A stretch of 64,000 nt of DNA from Dehalococcoidia bacterium (GTDB lineage Bacteria; Chloroflexota; Dehalococcoidia; UBA2979), in NCBI GenBank assembly GCA_963667465.2, contig CAXXDN010000001.1, forward strand, positions 960,001-1,024,000, written 5' to 3'. Position numbers and translations under genes: made by a program. This document shows, one piece after another, positions 1-9,687 of the stretch. How positions within the stretch are numbered: position 1 is the first letter of the stretch; each line of letters starts with the position of its first letter. The notes under the pieces were generated by a model, which saw only the letters and a list, made by a program, of their open reading frames with translations, was not told the DNA's origin and ran no database searches.

Positions 1-401
1 TCGCCGGGGCGGCCGATCCACTCGCCCATGATGCCGAGATCCTTGTCGTCGGCGCCTTGCAGCGGTTGCAGCACCTCCGGCGTCGCGCGCAGGAAGGCGG
101 CCGCGATCATCGAGGACTGTTCGGACAGCTCGCGCGCGACGGCGGCCCAGTCCAGCAGTTCCTCGAAGGAGAAGGCGGGCAGCAGCCGGGGGCTGGCGCG
201 GAAGTACTCGGCCGCCGCCTCCCACGAGCGCAGCGAGTGGCGCGAGAGTGCGACGCCGGCATTGGCCCACTCGCCGAGCTCCTCCTCGCTGAGCCGCCCC
301 TCGAGGGCGCGCGCGCCGTTCGCGAGGTCGTCGGCCAGGGTGGGGCCGTAGCCGCGCAGCTCGGCGTCGTAGCGAGCGGAGACGTCCGCGGCGGCGCTCA
401 T
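1..401 (-). CDS. Hypothetical protein, N-terminal part only (runs off the window); possibly the CbbO/NorD-like VWA partner of the CbbQ ATPase
   Basis: Manual translation MSAAADVSARYDAELRGYGPTLADDLANG... is open to position 1. Its ATG (399-401) overlaps the stop of the phosphoesterase gene (ATGA). The VWA identity is inferred only from proximity to cbbQ. Confidence 0.6.
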   Translation of the reverse strand, partial: MSAAADVSARYDAELRGYGPTLADDLANGARALEGRLSEEELGEWANAGVALSRHSLRSWEAAAEYFRASPRLLPAFSFEELLDWAAVARELSEQSSMIAAAFLRATPEVLQPLQGADDKDLGIMGEWIGRPG

Positions 402-1000
402 GTGGATCTGATGCCCGGCCGCAGCGGGTCGTCGAAGATGTCGAAGGTGACCTCGCCGCTCTGCGTGTCGAGGATCGCGTAGGAGACGCGGAAGCCGTTG
501 GAGGGGTTGCGCGGCTGCCCTGTGGAGCCGGGGTTGATCACCAGCGTGCTGTTCACGCGGTGCAGCAACTCGTAGTGGGTGTGGCCGTAGACGACGTAGT
601 CCGCGCCCAACTCGCCAAACTCCTTGATGCGCGGGCTGTCGGCGTAGATGTACTCGTAGGGCGGCTCGTCCGGGCAGCCGTGGAACATCGCGAACTTCTT
701 GCCGCCGATCACGGTGTCGATGCGCCGCGGCTGCTCGGAGAGCCACTTCAGCAGCTCCGGGTCGGTGGTGTGGTGCGCGCGCACGCGGTCGCCGAGCGGG
801 CCGAGCACGACGTCCTCGTGGTTGCCGAGGACCATGCGTGCGCCTACCTCGCGGAGGCGGCTGATCACATCGTTGGAGAAGCGGAACTGGAAGATCGCGT
901 CACCCGCGCAGAGCAGCTCGTCGACGTTGCCCATGCGCTCGATGGCGATGTCCAGCGCCTCAACGTTGCAATGGATGTCCGAGACGATCCCGAGGCGCAC
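398..1000 (-). CDS. YfcE-like metallophosphoesterase
   Basis: Motifs SDIH, GD, GNHE, H, GHTH, INPGS. Confidence 0.9.
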   Translation of the reverse strand: MRLGIVSDIHCNVEALDIAIERMGNVDELLCAGDAIFQFRFSNDVISRLREVGARMVLGNHEDVVLGPLGDRVRAHHTTDPELLKWLSEQPRRIDTVIGGKKFAMFHGCPDEPPYEYIYADSPRIKEFGELGADYVVYGHTHYELLHRVNSTLVINPGSTGQPRNPSNGFRVSYAILDTQSGEVTFDIFDDPLRPGIRST

Positions 1001-1011
1001 CGGCTGCTTCC

Positions 1012-1887
1012 CTACTCCGGGAAGATCGAGGTCACGACCTCTTCGATGGAGCGCTGGACCTCGAATTCGTCGGTGAGCCCCCAGACGACCGCCGTCTGGC
1101 AGGCGCGCCGGGGCGCGATGCCGCGGCTGACCAGCCGGCCGGCGTAGACGAGCAGGCGGGTCGAGACGCCCTCGGCGAGGCCGTGTTCCTTGAGGTTGCG
1201 GACCTTCTCGCCGAGCTTGGCGAGTTCCATGGCGTCCTCGGCGCTGCAGTTCGACTCGCGGCGGATGATCTCCGCCTCCTGGTCGCGCGGCGGGTAGTTG
1301 AACTCGATCGCGACGAAGCGCTGCCGCGTGGAGTGCTTGAGGTCCTTGAGGGCGGACTGGTAGCCGGGGTTGTAGGAGAGCACCAGCAGGAAGCCCGCGG
1401 CCGCCTCCAGGAGCTCGCCGCGCTTGTCGAGCGGCAGCAGCCGCCGGTAGTCGGTGAGCGGGTGGATGAGGACGGTCGTGTCCTTCCGCGCCTCGACGAT
1501 CTCGTCGAGGTAGCAGATCGCTCCGGCCTTCACGGCGCGCGTGATCGGCCCGTCGATCCAGACCGTCTCGTCACCCTCCAGGAGGTAGCGTCCGACGAGG
1601 TCGGAGGCGCTGAGGTCCTCGTGACAGGCGACGGTGATCAGCGGGACACCCTGCGTCTCGTCGCCGAGGTGCTGGTGCAGCCGCCACGACATGTACTCGA
1701 CGAAGCGCGTCTTGCCGCAGCCGGTCGGGCCCTTGAGCAGGACCGGGATCTGCTCCTCATAGGCGATCTCGAAGAGGTCGACCTCGTCGGCGACGGGCAG
1801 GTAGAAGGGCTCTTCGGTGAGCCGGAACTCCTGGACCTCGATCTGCTTGTAGTCGGAGTCGGTGGTGCGGGCCTCGCTTGTGGTCAC
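1012..1887 (-). CDS. CbbQ/NirQ/NorQ-family AAA+ ATPase (MoxR group)
   Basis: Walker A GPTGCGKT, Walker [10 protein letters not shown], plus [28 protein letters not shown]. Confidence 0.92.
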   Translation of the reverse strand: MTTSEARTTDSDYKQIEVQEFRLTEEPFYLPVADEVDLFEIAYEEQIPVLLKGPTGCGKTRFVEYMSWRLHQHLGDETQGVPLITVACHEDLSASDLVGRYLLEGDETVWIDGPITRAVKAGAICYLDEIVEARKDTTVLIHPLTDYRRLLPLDKRGELLEAAAGFLLVLSYNPGYQSALKDLKHSTRQRFVAIEFNYPPRDQEAEIIRRESNCSAEDAMELAKLGEKVRNLKEHGLAEGVSTRLLVYAGRLVSRGIAPRRACQTAVVWGLTDEFEVQRSIEEVVTSIFPE

Positions 1888-1891
1888 CGGG

Positions 1892-2572
1892 CTATCCGCC
1901 CTCGGCGGCAGCGGCGGCGGCTGCTTCGGCCTCGCGGCGGGCCTGGGCGCGGGCGCGCCCTTCCGCCTGCTTGATGCGGCGGTGGAGGCGCAGCCACTCG
2001 TGATCGATCTGGTCGCGGAACTGCTTCTGGGTTCCGGAGTTGTCGATGTAGACCTTGGCGTGCCTGCGCCGCTCCCGGTTGGTGAGCTGCGAGTCGAGGC
2101 GCGCCTGGGCCTGCTCTGCGTTGAGGCCGTTACGATCCTTGAGGCGCTTGATTGCCGTCGCGGGCTCGGTGGCGATGACCCAGACCTCGTCGCAGAGATC
2201 CTGCCACTCGGCCTCGATCATCACGGCTGCCTCGAGGCAGATGACCGTCTCCGGGTCGCGATCGCGCAGCTCGGCGATCTCCTCGGCGGCAATGCGCCGG
2301 ATCTCCGGCCAGACGATGTCCGTGAGGCGGTCCATCTTCTCCGGATCGCCGAAGACCTTGCCGCCGAGGATGCGGCGGTCGATCTCACCGTCCTCGCCGA
2401 CGATGTCATGGCCGAACTCGTTGACCACGGCGTGGAAGCCCGGCGAGTCCGGCTCGTAGACGCGGTGCCCGTAGCGGTCGGCGTCCAGCACGATTACGCC
2501 CAACTCCTTGAGTTGGGCAGCCGCAGTTGATTTGCCGGAGGCGATCCCTCCGGTCAGTCCGAGAACGCGCAT
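1892..2572 (-). CDS. coaE: Dephospho-CoA kinase
   Basis: [29 protein letters not shown]. Confidence 0.93.
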   Translation of the reverse strand: MRVLGLTGGIASGKSTAAAQLKELGVIVLDADRYGHRVYEPDSPGFHAVVNEFGHDIVGEDGEIDRRILGGKVFGDPEKMDRLTDIVWPEIRRIAAEEIAELRDRDPETVICLEAAVMIEAEWQDLCDEVWVIATEPATAIKRLKDRNGLNAEQAQARLDSQLTNRERRRHAKVYIDNSGTQKQFRDQIDHEWLRLHRRIKQAEGRARAQARREAEAAAAAAAEGG

Positions 2573-2687
2573 GGATCCTCCAAAAACGCGTATCGCCCGC
2601 GGGCTGTGGCGCTGGAATCTGGTTGTCGGGCGATTGTAGGTACCGTCCAGAGGGGGCGCAAGAAACGCCCCTGACGCCGCTCGCCCG

Positions 2688-3665
2688 CTACTCCAGGTTC
2701 TTGACGGCCTCGATCAGCGGCGGCAGCACTTCCTTGTAGTCGCCCACGATGCCGTAACGGGCGGCCTTGAAGATGTTGGCCTCCGGGTCCTTGTTGATCG
2801 CGATGATCGTCTTCGACCCGCTGCAGCCGGCCATGTGCTGGCTGGCCCCGGAGATCGCGATCGCGATGTACAGATCGGGTGTCACCACTTTGCCCGTCAG
2901 CCCCACCTGCTGGCTCGGCGGGTACCAGCCGAGGTCGCACGCGGCGCGCGAGGAGCCGACGGCCGCCTTGTCCGTGCCGATCGCCTCGGCCAGCTGCTCG
3001 ACCATTTCAAAGCCCTCGGGAGCGCCGAGCCCGCGTCCGCCGGAGACGACGATGGGGGCGTCCTGCAGCTGCAGGCCCTCGGCGACCGCCGCCTCGCGGC
3101 CGACGATCTCGGCGCGGCTCTCGCCTGCGCCGGACAGCTCGACCACCTCGCCGCCCGCGCCATCGCGCGGCGGGTCGAGCGGCTCCTGCGACTTCGCGCG
3201 CACGGTCGCGATCGCCGGCGAAGTCGCGAAGGCGTATGTCGCCTGGGCGTTGCCGCCGTAGCAGGGGCGTGTCGCCTTGAAGGCTCCGCCGCTGTCCTCG
3301 ATGCTCACGCAGTCCATCGCCACGGCGGTGTCGCGGCGGAACGCGAGCCGCGGCCCGAGGTCGCGGCCGACGATCGACTGGGCGATCAGGATCACGTCCG
3401 GGGCGGACTGGTCGATCGCCTCCTCGGCGGCGGCGACCCACTGGTCGGAGCGGAAGTCGTCGTAAGTCGTGTCATCGTTGACGAAGGCGCGGTCGGCGCC
3501 GGCGGCGAAGGCCGCGTCCGTCTGCCCGCTCGCGCCGGCGCCGGTGAGGGTCACGGAGACCTGCCCGCCGTCCGCAAGGCGACTGGCGCCGCCCACCAGC
3601 TCGGCAGTGGTGCTGGACAGCGCGCCGCCGTCGAGTTCGCCGATCACGAGGATGTTTCTGGCCAT
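2688..3665 (-). CDS. etfA: Electron transfer flavoprotein alpha subunit
   Basis: VVSGGRG, QQVGLTGK, AISGASQH, INKDPEANIF. Confidence 0.95.
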   Translation of the reverse strand: MARNILVIGELDGGALSSTTAELVGGASRLADGGQVSVTLTGAGASGQTDAAFAAGADRAFVNDDTTYDDFRSDQWVAAAEEAIDQSAPDVILIAQSIVGRDLGPRLAFRRDTAVAMDCVSIEDSGGAFKATRPCYGGNAQATYAFATSPAIATVRAKSQEPLDPPRDGAGGEVVELSGAGESRAEIVGREAAVAEGLQLQDAPIVVSGGRGLGAPEGFEMVEQLAEAIGTDKAAVGSSRAACDLGWYPPSQQVGLTGKVVTPDLYIAIAISGASQHMAGCSGSKTIIAINKDPEANIFKAARYGIVGDYKEVLPPLIEAVKNLE

Positions 3666-3751
3666 CGTTGCTTGCCTCCCGCCCGGTCCGCGCAGGCCCT
3701 CGAGGGGCCCCGGGACCGGCTATGCAGCTCTCAGGGACCGCCCGCGGCGGC

Positions 3752-4555
3752 CTACAGGACCTTCGCTTCGCGGAGCGTCGTGGCGAGGTTCTGCGCCTGC
3801 TCTTCGGCGCTCTCGCCCTCCATGATCTCGACGTCGCCGCCAAGCTCGGGGATGAACAGCCGCTCCAGCTTGAGCCGCGCGCCTGCGTCGCCCACGGTCG
3901 CAGGGTCGAGCCCCAGCTCCTCGGCGCTCCAGCGGTTCACGGTCTTGCGTGCCGCGCGCATGATCTGCTGCAGCTTCGGGTAGCGCGGGTCGCCGATCTC
4001 GTTGGAGATGGTGACCACCGCCGGCAGCGGCAGCGCGACCGTCTCGAAGCCGTCCGCGAGCACGCGCTGGACGTGCAGCTTGCCGTCCTCGATCTGCACG
4101 TCCTTGGCGATGATCGCCGAGGGCCAGCCGAGCAGCTCGGCCAGGCCGAGGCCGACCTGCCCCATGTCCCAGTCGGCGGCCTGGCGCCCGCAGAACACGG
4201 CGTCCACGTCGCCGAGCTTCTCGATCGCCGCCGCGAGGGTGCGCGCGGTGGTGTAGGAGTCGCCGCCCTGGAGGGCGTCGTCCTCCAGCAGGATGCCCTC
4301 GTCGGCGCCCATGGCGAGCACCTGCTTGATGGCGGCCTGCGCGCTCTCCTGGCCGAGCGAGATGACGGTGATCTTGCCCTCGCCGGCCGCCTCGACGATG
4401 CGCAAGGCTGCCTCGGCGGCCATGCCGTCGAACTGGCTGAGCACCGGCGAGATGCCCGGCGCCGGGATCACCTCGTTGTTCGCCTCGTCGATGCGGAACG
4501 CCGACGGCGGCGTCTCCGGGTCCGGAATCTGCTTGGCGCAGACGACGAAATGCAT
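3752..4555 (-). CDS. etfB: Electron transfer flavoprotein beta subunit
   Basis: VCAKQIPD, LAMGAD, GRQAAD, PRYP; adjacent to etfA. Confidence 0.95.
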   Translation of the reverse strand: MHFVVCAKQIPDPETPPSAFRIDEANNEVIPAPGISPVLSQFDGMAAEAALRIVEAAGEGKITVISLGQESAQAAIKQVLAMGADEGILLEDDALQGGDSYTTARTLAAAIEKLGDVDAVFCGRQAADWDMGQVGLGLAELLGWPSAIIAKDVQIEDGKLHVQRVLADGFETVALPLPAVVTISNEIGDPRYPKLQQIMRAARKTVNRWSAEELGLDPATVGDAGARLKLERLFIPELGGDVEIMEGESAEEQAQNLATTLREAKVL

Positions 4556-4628
4556 GGTTACCCCCTCAACAGCGAGCCGGCCAACGGTCGGCCGAGCCCG
4601 CGCCGATCTTCAGACTACTACGCCCCGA

Positions 4629-6890
4629 CTACGAGGTCGCGGCGGGTGTGCTGTTGCTGCTCGCTCCGTTCTCGCCGAGCACGGAGCGCTCGATCAGTTC
4701 GGCGATATCGAAGGGGCGGATCCGCCCCTCTTCCTCCGGCTGGATGGCGGGCACGCCGTCCTCGAACATCTGGATGCAGAACGGGCAGTTGGAGACCACT
4801 TCCGAGGCGCCCGTGCCCACGGCTTCCTCGGTCCGCACGTGGTTGACGCGGCGCTCGCCGACCTCTTCCTGCCACATGTTGCCGCCGCCCGCGCCGCAAC
4901 ACAGGCCCTTGCTGCGGCTCCGCCGCATCTCGGTCAGGTCGACGCCCGGGAGCAACTCGATGATCTGGCGCGGCGCGTCGTAGACGCCGTTCATCCGCCC
5001 CAGGTAGCAGGAGTCGTGGTAGGTGACGCTGGAGTCGAGCGAGTGCTTCGGCGTGAGCGAGCCGTCTGCGAGCGCCTGCTCGAGGAACTCCGTGTGGTGG
5101 AGCACCTCGAAGCGGCCATCGAACTGCGGGTACTCGTTCTTGAACGTGTTGAAGCAGTGCGGGCAGTTGGTGATCACGCGCTGCACGTTCTTCGCCTTGA
5201 ACGTCTCGATCAGTTGCTCGGCGAGAATCTGGTAGAGGTACTCGTTGCCGAGGCGCCGCGCCGGGTCGCCGTTACAGGTTTCCTCCTGCCCCAGCACGCC
5301 GAAGCTGGCGCCGGACTCGCGGAGCAGCCGGAAGACGGACTGCGTGACCGGCAGGTTGCGCTCGACGAGCGAGCCCGAGCAGCCGACCCAGTAGAGATAG
5401 TCCTGCGAGCCGTCGAAGACCGGGACGTCCTCGAACCCCTCCATCCAGGACTCGCGCGTGAGGTTCGTGCCGCGCCAGGGGTGGCCGCGCATCTCCATGT
5501 TCTCGAGGGCGGTCTGGGCGGTGGCGGGGACGCGCGCCTCGTCCATCACCAGGTAGCGGCGCATGTCCACGATGGTGGGGACGTGCTCGATCATCACCGG
5601 GCACTCCTGCACGCAGGCGCCGCAGGTGCGGCAGGCCCAGAGCGTCTCGTCCCTGATCACCTCGCCGACCAGCTCCTGCTGCGCGACCTCGCGCACGTCG
5701 CCTCCGAGGTGGCCGCGCCGCTGGACCTCCGGCCCAACCGAGGCGAGGTGCGCCTTGAGGTCCTGGATGAGGTGCATCGGCGAGAGCGGCTGGCCGGCGA
5801 GGTCTGCGGGGCAGACCTCGGTACAGCGCCCGCAGCGCACGCAGGCGTCGAGCTCGAAGAGCTGCTTCCAGGTGAAGTCCTGGATCTGGCCGACGCCGAA
5901 GACCTCTTGCTCCTCGATGTCCTCGATCTTGGAGAGGCGGCCGGGGGCGTCGGTGCGCAGCAGGAAGGCGTTGACCGGAGCGAAGATCATGTGGTCGAGG
6001 CGCGTGAAGACCAGCAGCCCGAGCCAGGCGAAGGCGAGGATCACGTGGATCCACCACAGCCAGGTGTGGCCAGCCAGCACCTGGTCCTGCGTGAGGTCGA
6101 GGATGCCGAGTCCCTCGGCGATGACGTAGGAGACGAAGGACCAGCGCGCCCAGTCCGGGTGCGCGTCGAGCACCGTGCCGTCCTCGAGGATGAAGCCGTT
6201 CAGCTCGGTGACGCTGATCCGCGCCGCCTCCACGCCAAAGCCGGTCAGGAGGATCAGGCCGAGGCCCCAGATGATCGCGTGGTCCTCGATGCGCTCGTCC
6301 CAGCGGATGCGGTGGAAGTCGTCGAAGTAGCGCCGGTAGAGCGCCATGCCCACGCCGATCAGCCCGATCAGGCCGAACAGGTCGCCGTAGAAGGAGAAGA
6401 AGAGGTAGTAGTCGCCGTGCAGGAAGCTAAGCGGCGTGTCGTCCTCGAGCGCGACCTGCGCCGTCACCGCCGTGAGCACGATGATCGAGGAGAAGATGCA
6501 GAAGTGCATGATCCCGGCGTAGCGGTCGCGCCGCACCTTCTCCTGGCCGAGGCCGAGCCGCAGCGCGTTGCGCGCGCGCATCGGGATCTCGCGCAGGAGA
6601 CCGGGCGTGGGTTTGCCGACGGTCCAGAGGGTTGCGTGGCGGGCGAAGCCGTAGACCAGGAGGCCGGTCAGTGCGGCGAGCAGGATGTAGACGATCCAGG
6701 GCTGCTGGACGTTGAAGAAGACCTCGCGGCCCGCGTTGGTGCGCTCCAGCTCGATGGCGGAGATGAGGCCGAGGCCGCTGAGGCCCACGGCCGGCGCCCA
6801 CCAGGCGCCGGTGAGCCGGACCGGGCGGGGCTTGCCCCGGCGCCCGGCAGGGTGGGCAGGCGCCGCCGAATCCCGCTCTGAGACGCTCAT
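4629..6890 (-). CDS. Membrane Fe-S oxidoreductase, FadF/HdrDE-like (probable ETF:quinone oxidoreductase)
   Basis: N-terminal TM helices with His residues; two CxxCxxCxxxCP motifs (CVRCGRCTEVCP, CRTCGACVQECP); CCG domains (CCGAGGG); next to etfBA. Confidence 0.88.
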   Translation of the reverse strand: MSVSERDSAAPAHPAGRRGKPRPVRLTGAWWAPAVGLSGLGLISAIELERTNAGREVFFNVQQPWIVYILLAALTGLLVYGFARHATLWTVGKPTPGLLREIPMRARNALRLGLGQEKVRRDRYAGIMHFCIFSSIIVLTAVTAQVALEDDTPLSFLHGDYYLFFSFYGDLFGLIGLIGVGMALYRRYFDDFHRIRWDERIEDHAIIWGLGLILLTGFGVEAARISVTELNGFILEDGTVLDAHPDWARWSFVSYVIAEGLGILDLTQDQVLAGHTWLWWIHVILAFAWLGLLVFTRLDHMIFAPVNAFLLRTDAPGRLSKIEDIEEQEVFGVGQIQDFTWKQLFELDACVRCGRCTEVCPADLAGQPLSPMHLIQDLKAHLASVGPEVQRRGHLGGDVREVAQQELVGEVIRDETLWACRTCGACVQECPVMIEHVPTIVDMRRYLVMDEARVPATAQTALENMEMRGHPWRGTNLTRESWMEGFEDVPVFDGSQDYLYWVGCSGSLVERNLPVTQSVFRLLRESGASFGVLGQEETCNGDPARRLGNEYLYQILAEQLIETFKAKNVQRVITNCPHCFNTFKNEYPQFDGRFEVLHHTEFLEQALADGSLTPKHSLDSSVTYHDSCYLGRMNGVYDAPRQIIELLPGVDLTEMRRSRSKGLCCGAGGGNMWQEEVGERRVNHVRTEEAVGTGASEVVSNCPFCIQMFEDGVPAIQPEEEGRIRPFDIAELIERSVLGENGASSNSTPAATS

Positions 6891-6988
6891 GCCAGTCCTT
6901 CCGGAGTCCGGCGCGAGCCTATCACCGCTTCGCGCTGTGGGCTCCCCCGGACAGCGCCGCCCTCACGCGGCCGTCCGGCCGCCTGTGA

Positions 6989-8563
6989 TCAGGACGTCGC
7001 CGCGGTGGCGGCCCCCCAGCGATCGCGGATGTCGTTCTTGAGCAGCTTGCCCATGTGGTTGCGCGGCAGCGGCTCTTCCACCCACTCGTAGAGCGCGGGC
7101 GCCTTGTAGGAGGCGAGCCGCGACTTCACGTAGCCCGTCAGGTCCTCGTCGGAGGGGCGGTCGCCGCCCTCGGTGCAGACGACCACGGCCTTCACGATCT
7201 CGCTCCACTCGACGTCGGGGACGCCGATCACGGCGGCCTCGGCGATCTCCGGGTGCTCCTCGAGCACGCCTTCGACCTCGCCGGGCGAGATGTTCTCGCC
7301 GCCGCGGATGATCAGGTCCTTCAGCCGCCCGGTGATGAACAGGTAGTTGTCCGGGTCCAGGTAGCCGACGTCGCCGGTGTGCAGCCAGCCGCCGCTGATC
7401 GCGGAGGCGGTCTCCTCCTCGCGCTTCTGGTACTCGCGCATGATGCGGTCGCCGCTGATGCAGATCTCGCCCTCTTCGCCCTGCGGCTGCGGCTCGCCGT
7501 TCGGCTTGAGGATGCCGACCTCGATGTCCGGCATCGGCCGGCCCACGGAGCGCAGGCGCTTGAGCTTCAGCTCGTTCTCCTCGGGCGTCCCGTCCAGGCG
7601 GTGGTCGTCCGGCCCCAGGTAGCTCATCGTCGAGGTCGACTCGGTCTGGCCGTAGGCGTTCATCAGCCCGCAGTCGAAGACCTCGACGGCCTGGCGCACC
7701 ACCTCGTACGGCATCGGGGCGGCGCCGTAGGTGATGAGCTGCAGCGAGGAGATGTCGTACTTGTCGAAGTCGTCGACCTCCATCACGCGCTTGAGCATCG
7801 TCGGGACGACGAAGGCGTGCGTGACGCGCTCGCGCTCGATCGTGTCGAGCCAGGCGGCGGGGTCGAACTGCGGCAGGATCGCGAGCTTGCGGCCGGCCCA
7901 GAGCGAGCCAAGCATCGTCGTCGCGCCCGCGACATGGAAGAACGGCACGGAGACGAGTATCACGTCCTGCTCGGCCGTCGGGTCCACGGGGTTCTGCGTG
8001 TTCACCACGTAGGCGGTGAGGGCCTTGTGGGTGAGCACCACGCCCTTCGGCAGCGCGGTGGTGCCGGAGGTGTAGATCACCATCGCCGGGTCGTCGTCGT
8101 CGACGGCGGCGAAGAACGGCTCATCGGCGCCGCTGGCCAGCAGCTGGTCGTACGTCTCGTGGCCGCTCGCCTCGAAGCCGAGGGTGTAGACGTGCTCCAC
8201 CTTGGGCAGCTGGCTGCGAATCTCCTGGAGGATCGGCCAGTAGCGCTCGGAGCAGAAGAAGACGTTCACATCGGAGACGTCGGCCATGTACTGGAGCTCT
8301 TCCGTCTTGGCCCGGAAGTTGAGCGGGACGAAGGTGGCGCCGACGCTGGCCGTCGCGTAGTAGAGCTCGACGAACTCGTTGGCGTTGACCGACATGATGC
8401 CGACGTTCTGGCCCTTGCCCACGCCGATCGCGCTGAGCGCGTGCGCGAGGCGATTGACCCGCGACTGCAGCTCCATGTACGTCACGCTCGAATCCAGGTC
8501 GGATACGGCCACGCGGTCCGGCACCATGCTGCCGGCAATCATCAGGATGTCTGCGGTATTCAT
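6989..8563 (-). CDS. Acyl-CoA synthetase (AMP-binding, long-chain fatty acid-CoA ligase-like)
   Basis: YTSGTTALPKG, YGQTE, HTGDVG, GRLKDLIIRGGENI, PRNHMGK. Confidence 0.92.
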   Translation of the reverse strand: MNTADILMIAGSMVPDRVAVSDLDSSVTYMELQSRVNRLAHALSAIGVGKGQNVGIMSVNANEFVELYYATASVGATFVPLNFRAKTEELQYMADVSDVNVFFCSERYWPILQEIRSQLPKVEHVYTLGFEASGHETYDQLLASGADEPFFAAVDDDDPAMVIYTSGTTALPKGVVLTHKALTAYVVNTQNPVDPTAEQDVILVSVPFFHVAGATTMLGSLWAGRKLAILPQFDPAAWLDTIERERVTHAFVVPTMLKRVMEVDDFDKYDISSLQLITYGAAPMPYEVVRQAVEVFDCGLMNAYGQTESTSTMSYLGPDDHRLDGTPEENELKLKRLRSVGRPMPDIEVGILKPNGEPQPQGEEGEICISGDRIMREYQKREEETASAISGGWLHTGDVGYLDPDNYLFITGRLKDLIIRGGENISPGEVEGVLEEHPEIAEAAVIGVPDVEWSEIVKAVVVCTEGGDRPSDEDLTGYVKSRLASYKAPALYEWVEEPLPRNHMGKLLKNDIRDRWGAATAATS

Positions 8564-8632
8564 CGCTCGGAGTCCCCCTCTGCGCTGTGGGCGCGTGCGG
8601 CGCGTTCCGCGCGCCGCGGTCCTGGCCGCGCC

Positions 8633-9133
8633 CTAGTCTACGTCCGCCGGTTCGCCTGCGAGATCGATCTTCCCGTCCTCGCCTCGCTCCAGCGGGAGGC
8701 GCCGGAGATCGAGGCCATCGTCGCCCAGTCCCCGGCCGCTGATGTCATACAGCGCCCCGCTGCAGATGTCGAAGAACCGTCCGTACCCGTCCGTTCCCGC
8801 GAGGTCCGGGCGAAACGACACCCGGCACTCGCCACCCGGCGGATTATGCGGATCAACATCGGAAAGCGCGATCACCTCGCCGTCCGGCAGCCGCACCACG
8901 AACAGCCCGTCCGTGCTGCGATACACAACCGACGCGAGAGCATAATCCTCCACGTAGCCGAGATCGATCCCCCCACCCCGCAGGCCCGACGCGCCGTAGG
9001 CGATCCCGACGACGAGCCCTATGACGATCAGGACGAGGCCGACGAGGCAGCCGGGCCGGACGCCGGTCGGCTCGGTGCCGTGCTGACCCCAGGTCCGCGG
9101 TGGATTCCGGGGCCCGTCGTCCGTGGCATGCAT
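8633..9133 (-). CDS. Membrane-anchored Rieske-like protein with degenerate cluster ligands
   Basis: Start re-called at MHATDD; one TM helix; box1 DPH...GEC and box2 DICSGALYD..G. Confidence 0.6.
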   Translation of the reverse strand: MHATDDGPRNPPRTWGQHGTEPTGVRPGCLVGLVLIVIGLVVGIAYGASGLRGGGIDLGYVEDYALASVVYRSTDGLFVVRLPDGEVIALSDVDPHNPPGGECRVSFRPDLAGTDGYGRFFDICSGALYDISGRGLGDDGLDLRRLPLERGEDGKIDLAGEPADVD

Positions 9134-9153
9134 GACTGGTTCGCTCTCGCTGC

Positions 9154-9687
9154 TCAGGGCGCCTCGGTGGCGTTCGGGTCGGGGCGGCCGATCACCTCGA
9201 CCTCGATCAGCGGGCGGTCCTGGGCGTCGACGGGCTGCGGGCGCGTGATGCGGAAGGTGCGCAGCGGCGAGGCGGTGCCGTCGATCGCCTCGCCGCCCAG
9301 CGCCCACACGCCGGCCGAGCAGGGGTCGGTGTAGACCCCGTTACGGCCGAGCGGGTTGCGCGCGGCGCCCCGCGGGTCGTCGGGGCGCAGCTCGATCGTG
9401 CAGCCGGTGCCGCGCGCGATCGCGTCGAGGGCGCGGATCATTCTCCGCTCGCCGTCGTCGTCGATCGCGATCACGAAGATGCGCACCTCCGGGAACCAGA
9501 CCGGCTCGCCGACCTCGAAGTGCTCTGCCGGCCCGGCGTCGAAGAGGAACACCTCCGGCTGCGGGTTGATGACGAAGCGGCCCCAGAGGATCGCGGCGGC
9601 GCCGATGGCGACGATCGCGAGCAGCGCGATCAACCCGAACGGCCGGCCGGGCGGCCGCGGCTGCGCCGCTGGCTGCTCCTCGCTCAT
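9154..9687 (-). CDS. Second membrane-anchored Rieske-like protein with degenerate cluster ligands
   Basis: Start MSEEQP overlaps the upstream stop (ATGA); one TM helix; box1 ARGTGC and box2 DPCSAGVW..GG. Confidence 0.6.
   Translation of the reverse strand: MSEEQPAAQPRPPGRPFGLIALLAIVAIGAAAILWGRFVINPQPEVFLFDAGPAEHFEVGEPVWFPEVRIFVIAIDDDGERRMIRALDAIARGTGCTIELRPDDPRGAARNPLGRNGVYTDPCSAGVWALGGEAIDGTASPLRTFRITRPQPVDAQDRPLIEVEVIGRPDPNATEAP

Noticed and set aside
1012-1887. Evidence of carbon fixation or denitrification
   Set aside because: No rbcL or norBC is in the window, and the ATPase alone is not diagnostic.
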